Source of the DNA: Proteromonas lacertae
Taxonomy: Eukaryota
DNA: 20,000 nt
Direction: 5' to 3'
Assembly: GCA_002245135.1 (NCBI GenBank)
Contig: NGBS01001179.1
Location: 121,904-141,903, forward strand
Shown: positions 8,183 to 19,536 of the stretch, in pieces
Position numbering within the stretch: the stretch's first letter is position 1
Layout of the letters: each line of letters starts with the position of its first letter
Notes under the pieces: generated by a model
Seen by the model: only the letters and a program-made list of their open reading frames with translations
The model's database searches: none
What the model was told of the DNA's origin: nothing
Made by a program: the position numbers and the translations under genes

Positions 8183-11100
8183 TTATTGTCTTCTAACCCA
8201 TTCCTTCTTCTTCAACACGCGATTTACTCTAACTGGTGGAGGTTGAACGATACATAAAGATCTTCTCATACTATCAGAAAAATTACGTATTTCTAATGCC
8301 AAATTCTGTAACATCACCGAAAGTATTACAGATTGTGGCAGAGGAGGAGGAATTGGAGGAATATCTTTAGCCGGAACTACATAATATAACGATAATCTAA
8401 CTACAGCTTCAATAAATTCAAATAAACTCAATACTTGATATCTTTTTGTAGTCTTTTGATCAACTACTACTGCTTTAGATTGTTGAAAACACTCTCTCGC
8501 TTGTAGTTGAGTTAATGGACCAGATATAATCTTACTAAACTTCACCATTTCCATAAACAAATCTAGAGTTATAAACGGTTTAGGAAATTTGATTATCTTT
8601 ACTTTTGCTAATTCATCAAATATTCCTTTGAATATTGGCAAATAAATTCTTACAGTTTCGTCCATTTCTTGTGTATATAAATACATTTTTCGAAAACTAT
8701 TTGGATCTGTCTTTTCTATATTTGGTATAAAGAATTCTAACATTAATTTATCTACTGCATCAGTTGGTCTAATAGGCTTCTTCTTTGAACCAAATCGAAC
8801 CATTGCTACTCTTGTTAATAACTCCATAAATTTACCTCTAGTGATTAAACAGCTTTTAGGATCTTCAATTTCTGGGAATTCCTTATATGATTCCACCCAA
8901 ATTGCTTCTATTTTATTCCGATTCATTAATTTAGGATGATATATACCACCATCGTGTAAAATATCTTCAAAATCTTCTAAATTAATTCGAAAATAATCAT
9001 CACCATTCGTCTGGCAACAATAATGTTGCCATATTGCTCTTAAATCAGCATAATGAACTCCCCACTGTTCCTGTAACTTCTCTAATTTTCTTTCATCTTT
9101 AATTAATCTACCAAAATGAATATCATTCCAATCACTTGCTAATGCTTTTAATAATACCTCAGGTGTATCAACTAAGTTTCTGCTATCATTCTCTCTAGCT
9201 CGTGGATAGAAATATGATTGTTTTAATGACCATCTTGTATTAGAAGCAGATATACCACCACCTCCACCACCACTACCTCCAGTGGAGAAATCAACTTCTA
9301 AACTTTTAGTTATTCTAGGCATTGCTATTCTACATTTAGCTAATTCTACATCATCATCTACTTTAATAACACATGCATTTACTGCATCTACTGGAGCACT
9401 CATTGTATTACCTACATTCTCAGTCCATTGATCATCCGCTGTTGTATTGATTTCACCATTAATAGTGAAATAGAAATGACATATACCTGGAGGTACCATT
9501 CGATATAATTCATATCGATTCTCTGCACTGTTAAATATCATTTCATCTCCTCTATATTCATCTAATTCTAACTTCAATAAGATTTTTCTAATATCTTTCT
9601 TTTCTATATTTCCACTTAGTAATGGAGAATAAGTAAACAAATGCTCTTGGAAGTTATTACATATCCAACAATTCTTCTCGTTTATTAATACATTTGGATT
9701 TAATCCAGCTTCCATCACTAATTGTCCAGGATGTAAATATCCTTTTGGATCTAAATGACCATCATTTCCTACTATATGAATCCCTTTTAAATAATAATTA
9801 TATTTCAATCCTTTAGAGATTTTCTCTATATCTGTTGCTTTTAGATTGTTTCTAGTTAATACTAAATGAACTAATGTTCTATTCACAGCTAGGCTTGACA
9901 TTAGACAAGTCATAGCAATATTTTCTGGTGATGTTGATATACCATTATAAGATAAATCTAATACTTTTAAACTATCATTAATTTGTAATGATCTGGCTAA
10001 AGAAGCTGCCCCTAATCCTCTGATTTCATTAAAATTCATTTCCAATGTCTCTAAGAATGGATTGGAGGATATTCCTACTCCAATTGCAGCTGCACCATCT
10101 CCTTCGATTCTGTTACGTGAAATATTGATATGGGATATACTACGATTCTTACCAATTGCTGGTGCCAAAATTATCGCACCACCTCTTCCTAAATCACAAT
10201 TTTCTATTCGTAACGAATATAATTTACATGAAGGATCAGCTATATATTCAGCTACATATTTAATACCTATTCTACCAATAGGATTATTAGATAAATCTAT
10301 TTCTAATACATTATTGGTTGTATTGATTAATCCTTTCATTAATACTTCAATACTATCACCTACTAAACCATTACCTCTTAAATCAATTGTATTTACATGA
10401 GGTATCATTGATAAACTTGAACCTAATGATTTAATGTAAGTATTACCTAAACTAAAATATTGAAATTCCATTGATGATGATGGTCTTTTACGGATTATTA
10501 CTGGATCTGGAACTAAATGACGTTTAAAACATTCTTTTATATAAGATGTTCTACCGGATAACTCTCTGTTTGTACCTAATAAATCTTTCGCTGTATTACC
10601 AACTTTGAATATATCATAAAAGAATTTTTTACCATGTTCACCAAAATATACATCTACTTCATTCTCATTGTCACTATTATACCTATCTAAATCACTATCA
10701 CTATCGCTATCTCCTTCTGCTTTTTCTTTTATCGGTGTTTCAGGGAGTAGTGATGGAATATATAATTTTCTGTTATTGTGATATGTTGCATTGAATAATG
10801 TGAATTTACTTTCTGGTGGTTTTACTACTTTTGATTTTGGAGATGGAGATGGATGAACTGATAGATTTATGGGAGAAACAAGTTTTTCAGGTTTTAGCTC
10901 AGCTGATTCGTCTTGATTTACATCCAATGGAAGTACATCTAAATAATTAGAATAAATATTTAGTACCATAAACAGGTGATTCAGATCTCCATACTTCTTT
11001 GACTTCTTTATTTTTTCTATATATTATTAGTTCTATATGATATACTTCTTTGATCCTAAAGCTGTAGAAGGCCTTAAATCTGTTCTACTATTGATTTGAA

Positions 11101-11204
11101 CCATCTACACCATAATAAAATATAAATACATTCAATCTATCTTCATCAGATCGTATATAAGGCAAAGCTGATTGTGCTCCTTCTCTATCTTTTCTCTTTA
11201 GCAT
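8183..11204 (-). CDS. RNI-like leucine-rich-repeat protein with a central CBM48/AMPK-beta-like beta-domain and a C-terminal helical/EF-hand-like region, ~979 aa; 4 exons (11204-11130, 11104-11046, 11016-10967, 10938-8183)
   Basis: There is a 928-aa ORF with ~28-aa LRRs (IDLRGNGL, IDLSNNPIG, INISRNRIE, LEMNFNEIR, LDLSYNGIS, LVLTRNNL), then CWIC, YELYRMVPPGICHFYFTING, and RGKFMELLTRVA / LSLFEFIEAVVRLS motifs. Introns 11105-11129 (25 nt), 11017-11045 (29 nt) and 10939-10966 (28 nt) give the in-frame N-terminus MLKRKDREGAQSALPYIRSDEDRLN-MVQINSRTDLRPSTALGSKK-KNKEVKEVWRSESPVY-DVLPLD. Confidence 0.88.
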
Positions 11205-11308
11205 TACAGTTTAAAAAAAGAAAATCGTTTTTTAAATTTCAAACTTTTTGCTTGAACAAATAATACATAATACAGTTGTATTTAAGATAGAATGTTTATG
11301 TAATAAAA
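11205..11308. promoter_or_regulatory. Compact (104-bp) divergent spacer / probable bidirectional promoter
   Basis: It lies between the head-to-head start codons at 11204 (-) and 11309 (+) of the two reconstructed genes. Confidence 0.5.
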
Positions 11309-13110
11309 ATGTCATACAGTATCTATTGTTTTTAATATTCCAAATAGATTACAACAGAAGCTACAGACCATTTTCTTTGCATAGTCCATGTAATTATAAT
11401 AGATTTAGTTTATCAACACATAATCATATTTCACACACTCATTATCCATCAGTAACTCCAAAAGTTTATACACCATACGTTTCTAATCCTGTACTATCAA
11501 ATTTACACTCTTCTTATAGACAAACTCTACATTCTAATTATCCTTTAAGGACAGTAAGAATAAATGATCCAGAAATAGAAAGTAAAATGGATGAAGAAAC
11601 ATTGGCATTAAAACATATAGTAGGTGTTGATGATTGGAATAATTTAGTAGAAGAAACAAGAAAGGAAATAACTCCACTAAAAGCTGATTATTCAACAATT
11701 TCAAATACTGATTTATATTCAAAAGAAATGAAATTAGATATTCCTAAATCACCAAAATCTTCTCATAGAAGTCATCATAGAAGTTTATCATATGATAATG
11801 TTCGAAAGCATACCCATTCAGAAAAGAAAAATGGTAAAAATGTATTGAAATACATGGATAAAGATGTTGTGATATTAAAAGATACATTACCAACAGATTT
11901 TTGGAATAATTTGTATGATGAAGCTGAAAGAGAAATGAATAAGAATAACACTTCTGAAATATCAAAAAGAGATAAATACATTAATGATCCAGAAATTGAA
12001 AGATGTTTGGATAAATGCATACAAGAAATGAAATATGAAATGACTCCTGAAGAATGGAATAATTTAATAAAAGAAACTCGAAAAGATATAAAATATAAAG
12101 AACATATGAAAGATTATGGTATGAATAGTGTTAGTGATTATAAAGATATAAAAGAGAAAAAAGAAAAGAATGATAAAGATGATGATTGTCAACCTTTATT
12201 AAAACCATCAAATCCAATATATACACCTAATGCCAATATAAGTGAAAGAGAAAAAATGAGTAGAATGAGAAGTAATTCTGTTAGAATAAGTAGAACTAAA
12301 TATATTGATGGAGTTGATGTAGATAATAATATGAAGAATTCTGTTGTAAAATGTGAATATACATTAAAACCAAAGATTGATCCAAATAAGTCTAAAGTAT
12401 AATAATAATATATAAATGATATACTTTAGATAATTAAATTCTATTATAATAAGTATAAATCTGAACCTGAAAATGTTTATATAGAAGATATAATCGGAAA
12501 ATGGAAAGGAGATTATTATAAACTGGAAATTAAACATGGATATATTCAAGTATAAATAAAAATGATATATTCTTTATATTTTATAGTGGATATTTCCATT
12601 GTATGAAAGAGGTTTGAATTTCTTATGTCCATCAATTACAGTTGAAGAAGTTGAATGTATATATATATATATATTATAATATTATAATGAATAGATTTGA
12701 AAAATGATGTGGAATGTATGAATAGAATGGATATACTATTTGAAATGATGTTAGATTTTTATGGAATGAAATTATTTTATGACAAACAGGCAAATAATAT
12801 TAACAAAGTGGTAGTTGTTAGATCAGATAAATATACAGAGAGATATAACAATATGTTAATTTATCAACACAATTTTTTAAGAATAACTCGAATTCTGAAT
12901 TGTTTGGATATATTTTGTAAATATGAACAGTGTAATGCTTTTTTAAATCATTTAATTTATGAAATCTATGTAACTAAATATCTTAATAAAGCAAAATATT
13001 CCTGTGAAGGTTATTGGATGAAATTTTCAAAAGATTTTAAGAATTATGATATAAAATATATGACAAGAGAAGACATTATAATGAGAATAAATGATAATTG
13101 CCATAAATAG
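11309..13110 (+). CDS. Opioid growth factor receptor (OGFr_N) conserved-domain protein, OGFR/OGFRL1-like, with an N-terminal extension bearing three WNNL repeats, ~554 aa; 5 exons (11309-11318, 11348-12396, 12430-12549, 12587-12656, 12695-13110)
   Basis: After removing introns 11319-11347 (29 nt), 12397-12429 (33), 12550-12586 (37) and 12657-12694 (38), the C-terminal half reads IIKFYYNKYKSEPENVYIEDIIGKWKGDYYKLEIKHGYIQWIFPLYERGLN…EMMLDFYGMKL…ERYNNMLIYQHNFLRITRILNCL…SCEGYW. This matches OGFr_N hallmarks (LExxHxYIQWLFP, MLDFYG, HNxLRITRIL). TAG stop at 13108-13110. Confidence 0.9.
11560..12090 (+). repeat. Three dispersed protein-level repeats (~30-38 aa) containing WNNL
   Basis: INDPEIESKMDEETLALKHIVGVDDWNNLVEETRKEI (~11560-11670); YMDKDVVILKDTLPTDFWNNLYDEAEREM (~11850-11937); INDPEIERCLDKCIQEMKYEMTPEEWNNLIKETRKDI (~11980-12090). 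Confidence 0.8.
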
Positions 13111-13629
13111 TTTTAATACATTTATTTGCTTGATATAATGGTTGTATAACTTGATTTGTAAATATTAAAATTCAACCATGAAATATCGTCATCATTTATT
13201 CTACAAAAATTAGAAGGAATTTAGCTTTTTTAAACAACTTAAGAAAATCAACTCTTAATTAAACTGTAAATGAACGAATAACATTAGGGTTAATTTTATG
13301 TACATTTATTGCAGTGTAAATACATTAAATAGTATAGAATAATTAATTTTTAATATTTTATATACATTTTCTTCACAACAATATACACACTTATTGTCAT
13401 TTTTAAGTAGTTTATAAAAAATGCTTTTAAATCACAAAAAAACATTAATAAAATACATTGTAAAATTATTTTCATAATATCTTCTTTCTTAATGGCCATA
13501 TAGCTGCTTTAAAATTGAAAAATATTTTTTTTAATTAAGCTTGACTTGAAAGAAAAGGGGATGTGAAAAAAACATTTTGTGTCGAGATACAATAATTCAG
13601 TGTTAAATCACACATAAACATTTCTTAAA

Positions 13630-16600
13630 ATGAATTTTTCGAATTTTTCGTTATTACTTATCTCTCTTTGCTGTATTTGGATTTATTACTATTATATTAT
13701 AGTTCTAGTTCCTTCTGTGACTGCTGCAAACGAATGCTGGAAGTTCCCAAGACCACTTAGCTACAATGAGACTAAGATTTACCTATTAACAAACACAATG
13801 GTAATAGGAAGTACTTTCAATAACTTATTCCCAGAATCAGAACAAAAATATGAAATTGATATAAACTTATATTACAGTCTTGATACTCCTTTGAAATCAG
13901 GTATACTTATTGCAACTATATTAAATAGATTCTACATCGGTTACTCTTAAAGACCTTAATAAAACAAAATCAATTCTTTTAACAATCGATGAAGAAGCAA
14001 TAACTGATTTAGAAGAAGAAGATGGAGCAGGAAAAGAAGTCACAATCGATAAATTATCAAAATTGAATGTAAATGTAGATGATATTAAAACTCAATTAAA
14101 CAAGTTGTTTGTGAATTTAACAATTTCAAAATCATCGATATTATCAATAGTTGGTGAGACTAATTTCACAGGAATTGCTTGGAGTTGCAGTGAATCTGAA
14201 GCTTATGTAAAAGAAGCATCAACAGAGATAGATGTAAGTAAATGTTATAAATTCGTAAATGTAGGAGGTAAATATGGAAGTTATTATGCTTATCCACCAA
14301 AGAAACATGTATATGGTACAATGACTATTCAGTCAGCATTGGAAGATACAATTACCAAGTTAATTAAAGAAATGATTCCAGATAAATTTATTCAAAGTAT
14401 GGCATTAGGATTTATAAAACAATTACTTCCTGGTCTTAATGTAATTGCAAGTGTAGAAGTAGATTATATTCAATCAAAAGATATAACAAAGATTGATATT
14501 AAAAAAATAAAAGAGGATACAAGTTTATTATTAACAGAGAATGTTCAATTAATTACTGGTGTTCTTGATGAATGTATTGATGAAGGTGTTAGAATGAATG
14601 AAGCAATTAACATTGAACAATTAATAAGGATGGCTAATTGTTTTATTAAACAGAATTCAACAAATGTCAATACAGTAGTTACTTTAATGAGTATGTTTAT
14701 TACAATACCAAACAATATAACTGTAAGTATGGATAATATTACTCAGTTTTTACCAATGGCTGCTGAATATTTTGACGGTTTATATTTGAATAAAGAAAAG
14801 AAGGTAACTTTAATGGTTGATGTAGGTGATGATGCTACAATCAAAGCAGTTGGAGAAGAATTTAATTGTTCTACTATACCAGATAGATACTTATTAGGAT
14901 ATAAAGAATATATTCCAATGCCAAAGTTAAATATAATGATACCTAAAGAGTTGTTTGAGATAAATGCCATTTACACATATTACACTAGTTCAGATAATAC
15001 TTATCTTGCTATGATTGTAAATTCAACATATGTTAAAAATAAATTACCATCGCCATTGAATACAGACTATTATAGACTTATTATAGTATGTAAAGTTGAA
15101 ACAAGCATTGTTGATGGTGAAACAAAATTAACACCTGATTCTGTAATGGGAGGAATGTCATTTGTTTATGCAATTAATGATGAAGCTGCTAGTAATTTAG
15201 CTATAAGAATTGAAAGAGATGGATCAAAGTTTGCATTCAATTATTTAAATTCCATCGATATGACTGAATTTAATTCATATATTATAACTGAATTAGGAAA
15301 AGTAACAAAAATTTCAACAAGGACAGCTGATGTTACAAGAGGAGAAAATCCAAGAGGAAAAGGTACATTCAAGATAAATGGAGTTCAATATCAAGATTTG
15401 GATGTATATTTTGAATATCCACCAGAGGAATTTAAAATTAAGGAAATACCATTTAATAAAGTAGATCCACCAGATGCAAAACCATTGCCAAGAGATAAAT
15501 GTTATTTATTCAAAGCTAACGGAGGTGAATTTGGTGATTATTATGTTGATATTCAAAATGGAACTGTGAAAGGAGGAATATCAATTGATAATGTATTAAA
15601 GACTTTAGGCGATGTTATTCCTCCAATGGTGAGTAGTATGTTTTCATTTGAAGATATATTTGCTTGGGCTGAGTATATATTGTATAGATTTATCATTTTT
15701 ATAGAGTAAAATTAGATTATATTGACCATGAAAATCTAACTAAGATTAATGTAACAGAAATATTAGAATCAACATATATTCAATTCACTGGATTGAAAAC
15801 AAATGCCATAGTAGAAACACTATCAAAAGTTTCTCCAGAATTAGGTTTACTAAATAAACCAATTTATTTAAGTGCATTCTTGAAGAATATTGGTGGTCTT
15901 CTTGAAACAGTAAAACAGTTTTTACCTCCAGATATAACAATTCCAGATGGACCATTAGGATTAGATAATATAACTCAATTCTTACCAATGGCTTATGAAT
16001 ATTTTGAAGGAATGTATTGGTCTGATATAAGAAACAAAGCTGAATTCACTGTTGTAGCTGACAATACTGTTGTTAATGCAATAGGTAAGGTGATTAATTG
16101 TTCAATTACTCCATCAACAGGATTAAAAGAAACAATTCCATTAGATAATTATGTTTTTTCAATTAGAAATAATCTTCCAGAACTTAAAGGTATATATGTA
16201 TTAAATGGAATGGATCAACTAGAGAAGAAAAGAAAAATAAGAGTAAAATTAAACTGTAGTGATTATCCTGATTTATTACCAGAATCAATGAAAGATTTAA
16301 ATTGCTATATTAGAATAGATTATGATGCAAATTCTATTACATATGATGATTATACAAGGATAGTAATTCAAAAGTACAGCAAAGTTCCTTTTGATAAAAA
16401 GAAGTCTGTTATAACAGTAGAACCAAGAGATGATAATGCATTAGAAAAAATGAAATCAATTTTAGATAAGACAAATCCAAATGAAGTACTAGAACATATA
16501 TGTGATTCAGTTGAATATAATTCGTTTATTGATTTAACAAATGTTGAAGATAGTAAAAAGGATGAAGAAGCTGAGAAAATATTAGGAAATGTTTATGATG

Positions 16601-16899
16601 GTTTATCTACAAATATGTCAGTTGTTTTTGGAAGAGTTGAATTGAAATATGCAAATATTGTAGTAAATAATACAGGAAGAGTAAATTTGAAGAATGATAA
16701 ATTAAAGAATGTTATTGTATGGTCAACAGTTTATGAAGCTCCAGAATTAGATTGTAATTATGTTATACCTCCATATAATGGTGATGATGGAAGTGAAGAT
16801 GGAGATGGAGATGGAAATACATCTAATGAAGGTAGTTCAGTTTTTATCTCATATTTCTTTGGATTAATAATGATTATATTAACAACTGCTTTTATGTGA
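13630..16899 (+). CDS. Large secreted/surface protein (~1059 aa) with signal peptide, two tandem ~410-aa homologous units and a C-terminal GPI-anchor-like signal; 4 exons (13630-13672, 13703-13900, 13929-15672, 15705-16899)
   Basis: Introns 13673-13702 (30 nt), 13901-13928 (28) and 15673-15704 (32) join three ORFs in frame. The N-terminus MNFSNFSLLLISLCFLVPSVTAA is a signal peptide. The C-terminus is an acidic Gly linker GDDGSEDGDGDGNTSNEGSS followed by hydrophobic VFISYFFGLIMIILTTAFM-TGA. There are many N-x-S/T sequons, and DNITQFLPMAxEYF occurs twice. Confidence 0.88.
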
Positions 16900-17000
16900 T
16901 AAACTATATAGTAATGTTTTTCTATGTTGTTGTTTTTATATAATAATGAAATAACAAAAACTATTTTAAAAATCATAGAATGCAAATAAAAATGGTAAAA

Positions 17001-17948
17001 TTAATTATTTCTTACAACATTTCCATTTGGTTGATTGTAATTATTTCCATTATTCATATTATTATTTACCATACCATTATTATATTGATTTTGATTCATA
17101 TTTTGATTATTTAAATTATTAGCTGAATTTACAACAGCAGGATTTTGAATCTGCGCATTTTGGTTGTATTGTTGTTGATATCCATTATTTACGTTATTAA
17201 CAACATTATTCATCCCATTGTTATTCTGAAAAGCAATATTTTGAGTAGGTTGTTGTTGATATTGTTGTTGTTGTTCATTAAACTGAGGTTGATTATTATT
17301 ATTATTATTATTATTATATTGTTGCTGTTGTTGATGATTATTTTGTGGTTGATAAGGTTGAATCCTATTAATATTTACTTTATATGGATGAGTTGGATAT
17401 TCAATAGGTGGACTTATAGTAGGTCGATGTATACTCATATGACTTTGCTGGTATTGTTGATTTTGATTCATATTCTGTTGATTAACATTGACATTTTGTT
17501 GATTCTGATAGTTTTGTTGATAAACTGCACCTGATGAAACTGTTGGATTTACCATTGCATTTTGACTATTATTTTGTTGAATTGCATTGTTGGTTGGATT
17601 GTAAGCAGAAGAACTTGTTGGTTGGTTATAGACAGCATTAGTAGGAGAAACAGTTGGTGCAATGAATGAAGTAGGTGGAACTGTAGTTGGTGGTACGGTA
17701 GTTGGCTTTATAGTTGTAGGAGGAACAGTTGTTGGAGGAATTGTAGTAGGTCTCAATGTTGTTGGAGTATATGTTGGTGAATGATATTGCTTATATTCTG
17801 AATATCTTCTTCCTCTTAAAGCAGTTTTTCTTTCGTCATATTCAGCTGAGGAAGATTCCGAATAGTCTGAACCTGGTGCTATACCAAAAGCTACAGCAAG
17901 AAAGAACAAAGAACCAATAAATACGCAAAATAACAATTGGGTTAACAT
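17001..17948 (-). CDS. Secreted low-complexity protein (~315 aa): signal peptide, Pro/Thr mucin-like repeats, Gln/Asn-rich tail; intronless
   Basis: ATG at 17948 gives MLTQLLFCVFIGSLFFLAVAFG (hydrophobic), then ...ERKTALRGRRYSEY..., (P-T-T-x-x)n repeats, and a long Q/N/Y-rich region. TAA at 17001-17003. Confidence 0.82.
   Translation of the reverse strand: MLTQLLFCVFIGSLFFLAVAFGIAPGSDYSESSSAEYDERKTALRGRRYSEYKQYHSPTYTPTTLRPTTIPPTTVPPTTIKPTTVPPTTVPPTSFIAPTVSPTNAVYNQPTSSSAYNPTNNAIQQNNSQNAMVNPTVSSGAVYQQNYQNQQNVNVNQQNMNQNQQYQQSHMSIHRPTISPPIEYPTHPYKVNINRIQPYQPQNNHQQQQQYNNNNNNNNQPQFNEQQQQYQQQPTQNIAFQNNNGMNNVVNNVNNGYQQQYNQNAQIQNPAVVNSANNLNNQNMNQNQYNNGMVNNNMNNGNNYNQPNGNVVRNN
17640..17777 (-). repeat. 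Degenerate 15-nt / 5-aa PTT-x-x tandem repeat (mucin-like)
   Basis: Translation PTYTPTTLRPTTIPPTTVPPTTIKPTTVPPTTVPPTSFIAPTVSPT. Confidence 0.8.
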
Positions 17949-18057
17949 TATATTCAAAAAAAAAGAAATTTCAATAATTCAAACAATCAACAGTTGTTTA
18001 TTGTATTTCATAAAACAACATCAATAAAGTCAATAAAGTCAATAATCTATAATATAT

Positions 18058-19505
18058 TTACTCTTGTGAAGTAAATTGATCTTCCAAGTTTGATAAGTCT
18101 GTCCAATATTATTCAAATCACTCTTAAAGAACATATCTCTTCTTGACATATATCAACACATGTTTCAATTGTCTATTTGCTTTCTATTCATATAATAATA
18201 TAAAATAATAATAATAATACTTCTTTCGCTTCAACTAATTTAGACAAATCATAATTCTTCAATTTAATATCTTCACATTCTTTTGTCAAATCATTAATGG
18301 TTTTATTCAATCTTGATATTTGATCATCTCTCTCTTTAATAGTCTTTTGTATTTCTTCTATTTTATTAACATACATTTCAAGTTCTTCTTGAGTTTGGTT
18401 TTTATCATCAGCAAGTGTTTGAAAACTTGTTTCTAATGTTTCAATTTGATTGGATTTATTCTCATATTGCGATTTATAATAACTCAAATTACTAGCTAAT
18501 TCTCTACTTGTATCACTTAAACTATTACATTCTTTTTCATATTTAATCAACTGTTGTTCTTGTTTATTATTGATGGTTGATAATTCAGTGATCTTTTCTT
18601 GTAACGACTTATTCTGCTCTTTTAACACTAATAAATTACAGTCTTTAGTTTCACTTAATAGTTTTAAGTTATTGTTATTGTTGATAATATTATCACTCTT
18701 TTCTTTTAGTTGTTTTATAGTGATGTCTTTATCTTCTAGTTCATTTGACATATCATTTAATTTTTCTTTCATTTCTTCATTCTCTTGTACTAAATCTGTT
18801 ACTTTTTCTTTTACTGTTTTTATTGTTTCATTCAAAGATTTCTATATATAAATTATATATATATTATATACTATTTTATTATCTTTTATAGTAATATTTT
18901 GAGTCAATTCTTCCATCAAAGCTTTTGTATTTGTCAATTCAATTTCAGTTTGTGATAATTTCTGTTGCATTTCAATCATTGATGATTTTAACTTATCCGA
19001 TTGATCATTCATTTGTAATAACTTTATAGAATCATCTTTTTCTGCTAACATCTGTTTATAGTCATTTATTTGTTTTTCTAATCATTCTAAACAATAATAA
19101 AATAATATAACATATATATATATACATTACTATTTTGTACTTCATTCAATTTTGATTCTAATTCTGATATAATAGTCATATTGTTGTTATTTTCTTCTTT
19201 AATTTAATACATTGATTCTTTATATCATCAATGTGATTGGATGATTTACCAATACCATTCTTTAATCTTTTATTCTCTAATTCTAAACTATTTACTTCAT
19301 CTTTTAATTCAGATATTTCTTTTTCATATTTCACTTCTTGTTTTTTCAATTGTGTTTCTAACTTTATTCTTATCTCTTCTTTGAAGATTAATTTTCATTT
19401 AAATTGGAGATATTATCTTGTAATTCTGATATAGAGTTATTTAAATGATTGGAATTGTCAGTTTGTTCGATGTTCTTCTGTTGTAATTCCATTGATACTT
19501 CATTC

Positions 19506-19536
<31 letters not shown>

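Noticed and set aside
10062..10400. 112-aa plus-strand ORF
   Set aside because: Antisense shadow of the LRR exon with no independent motif.
13111..13629. Longest unexplained spacer besides 6400-6980; searched for ORF, tRNA or structured RNA
   Set aside because: AT-rich, with no ORF, cloverleaf or convincing repeat. Consistent with terminator plus promoter DNA.
17145..17534. 129-aa very hydrophobic (Leu/Ile) plus-strand ORF resembling a membrane protein
   Set aside because: Reverse complement of the CAA/AAT (Gln/Asn) repeats of the minus-strand gene.
17790..17860. RxLR-dEER effector motif in the secreted Q/N protein
   Set aside because: The sequence is KTALRGRR, not R-x-L-R, and the acidic stretch precedes rather than follows it.
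18021..18045. TCAATAAAG repeated about 2.5 times
   Set aside because: Too short for an array. It lies in a 3' flank next to a noisy region and has no spacer structure, so it is not CRISPR-like.
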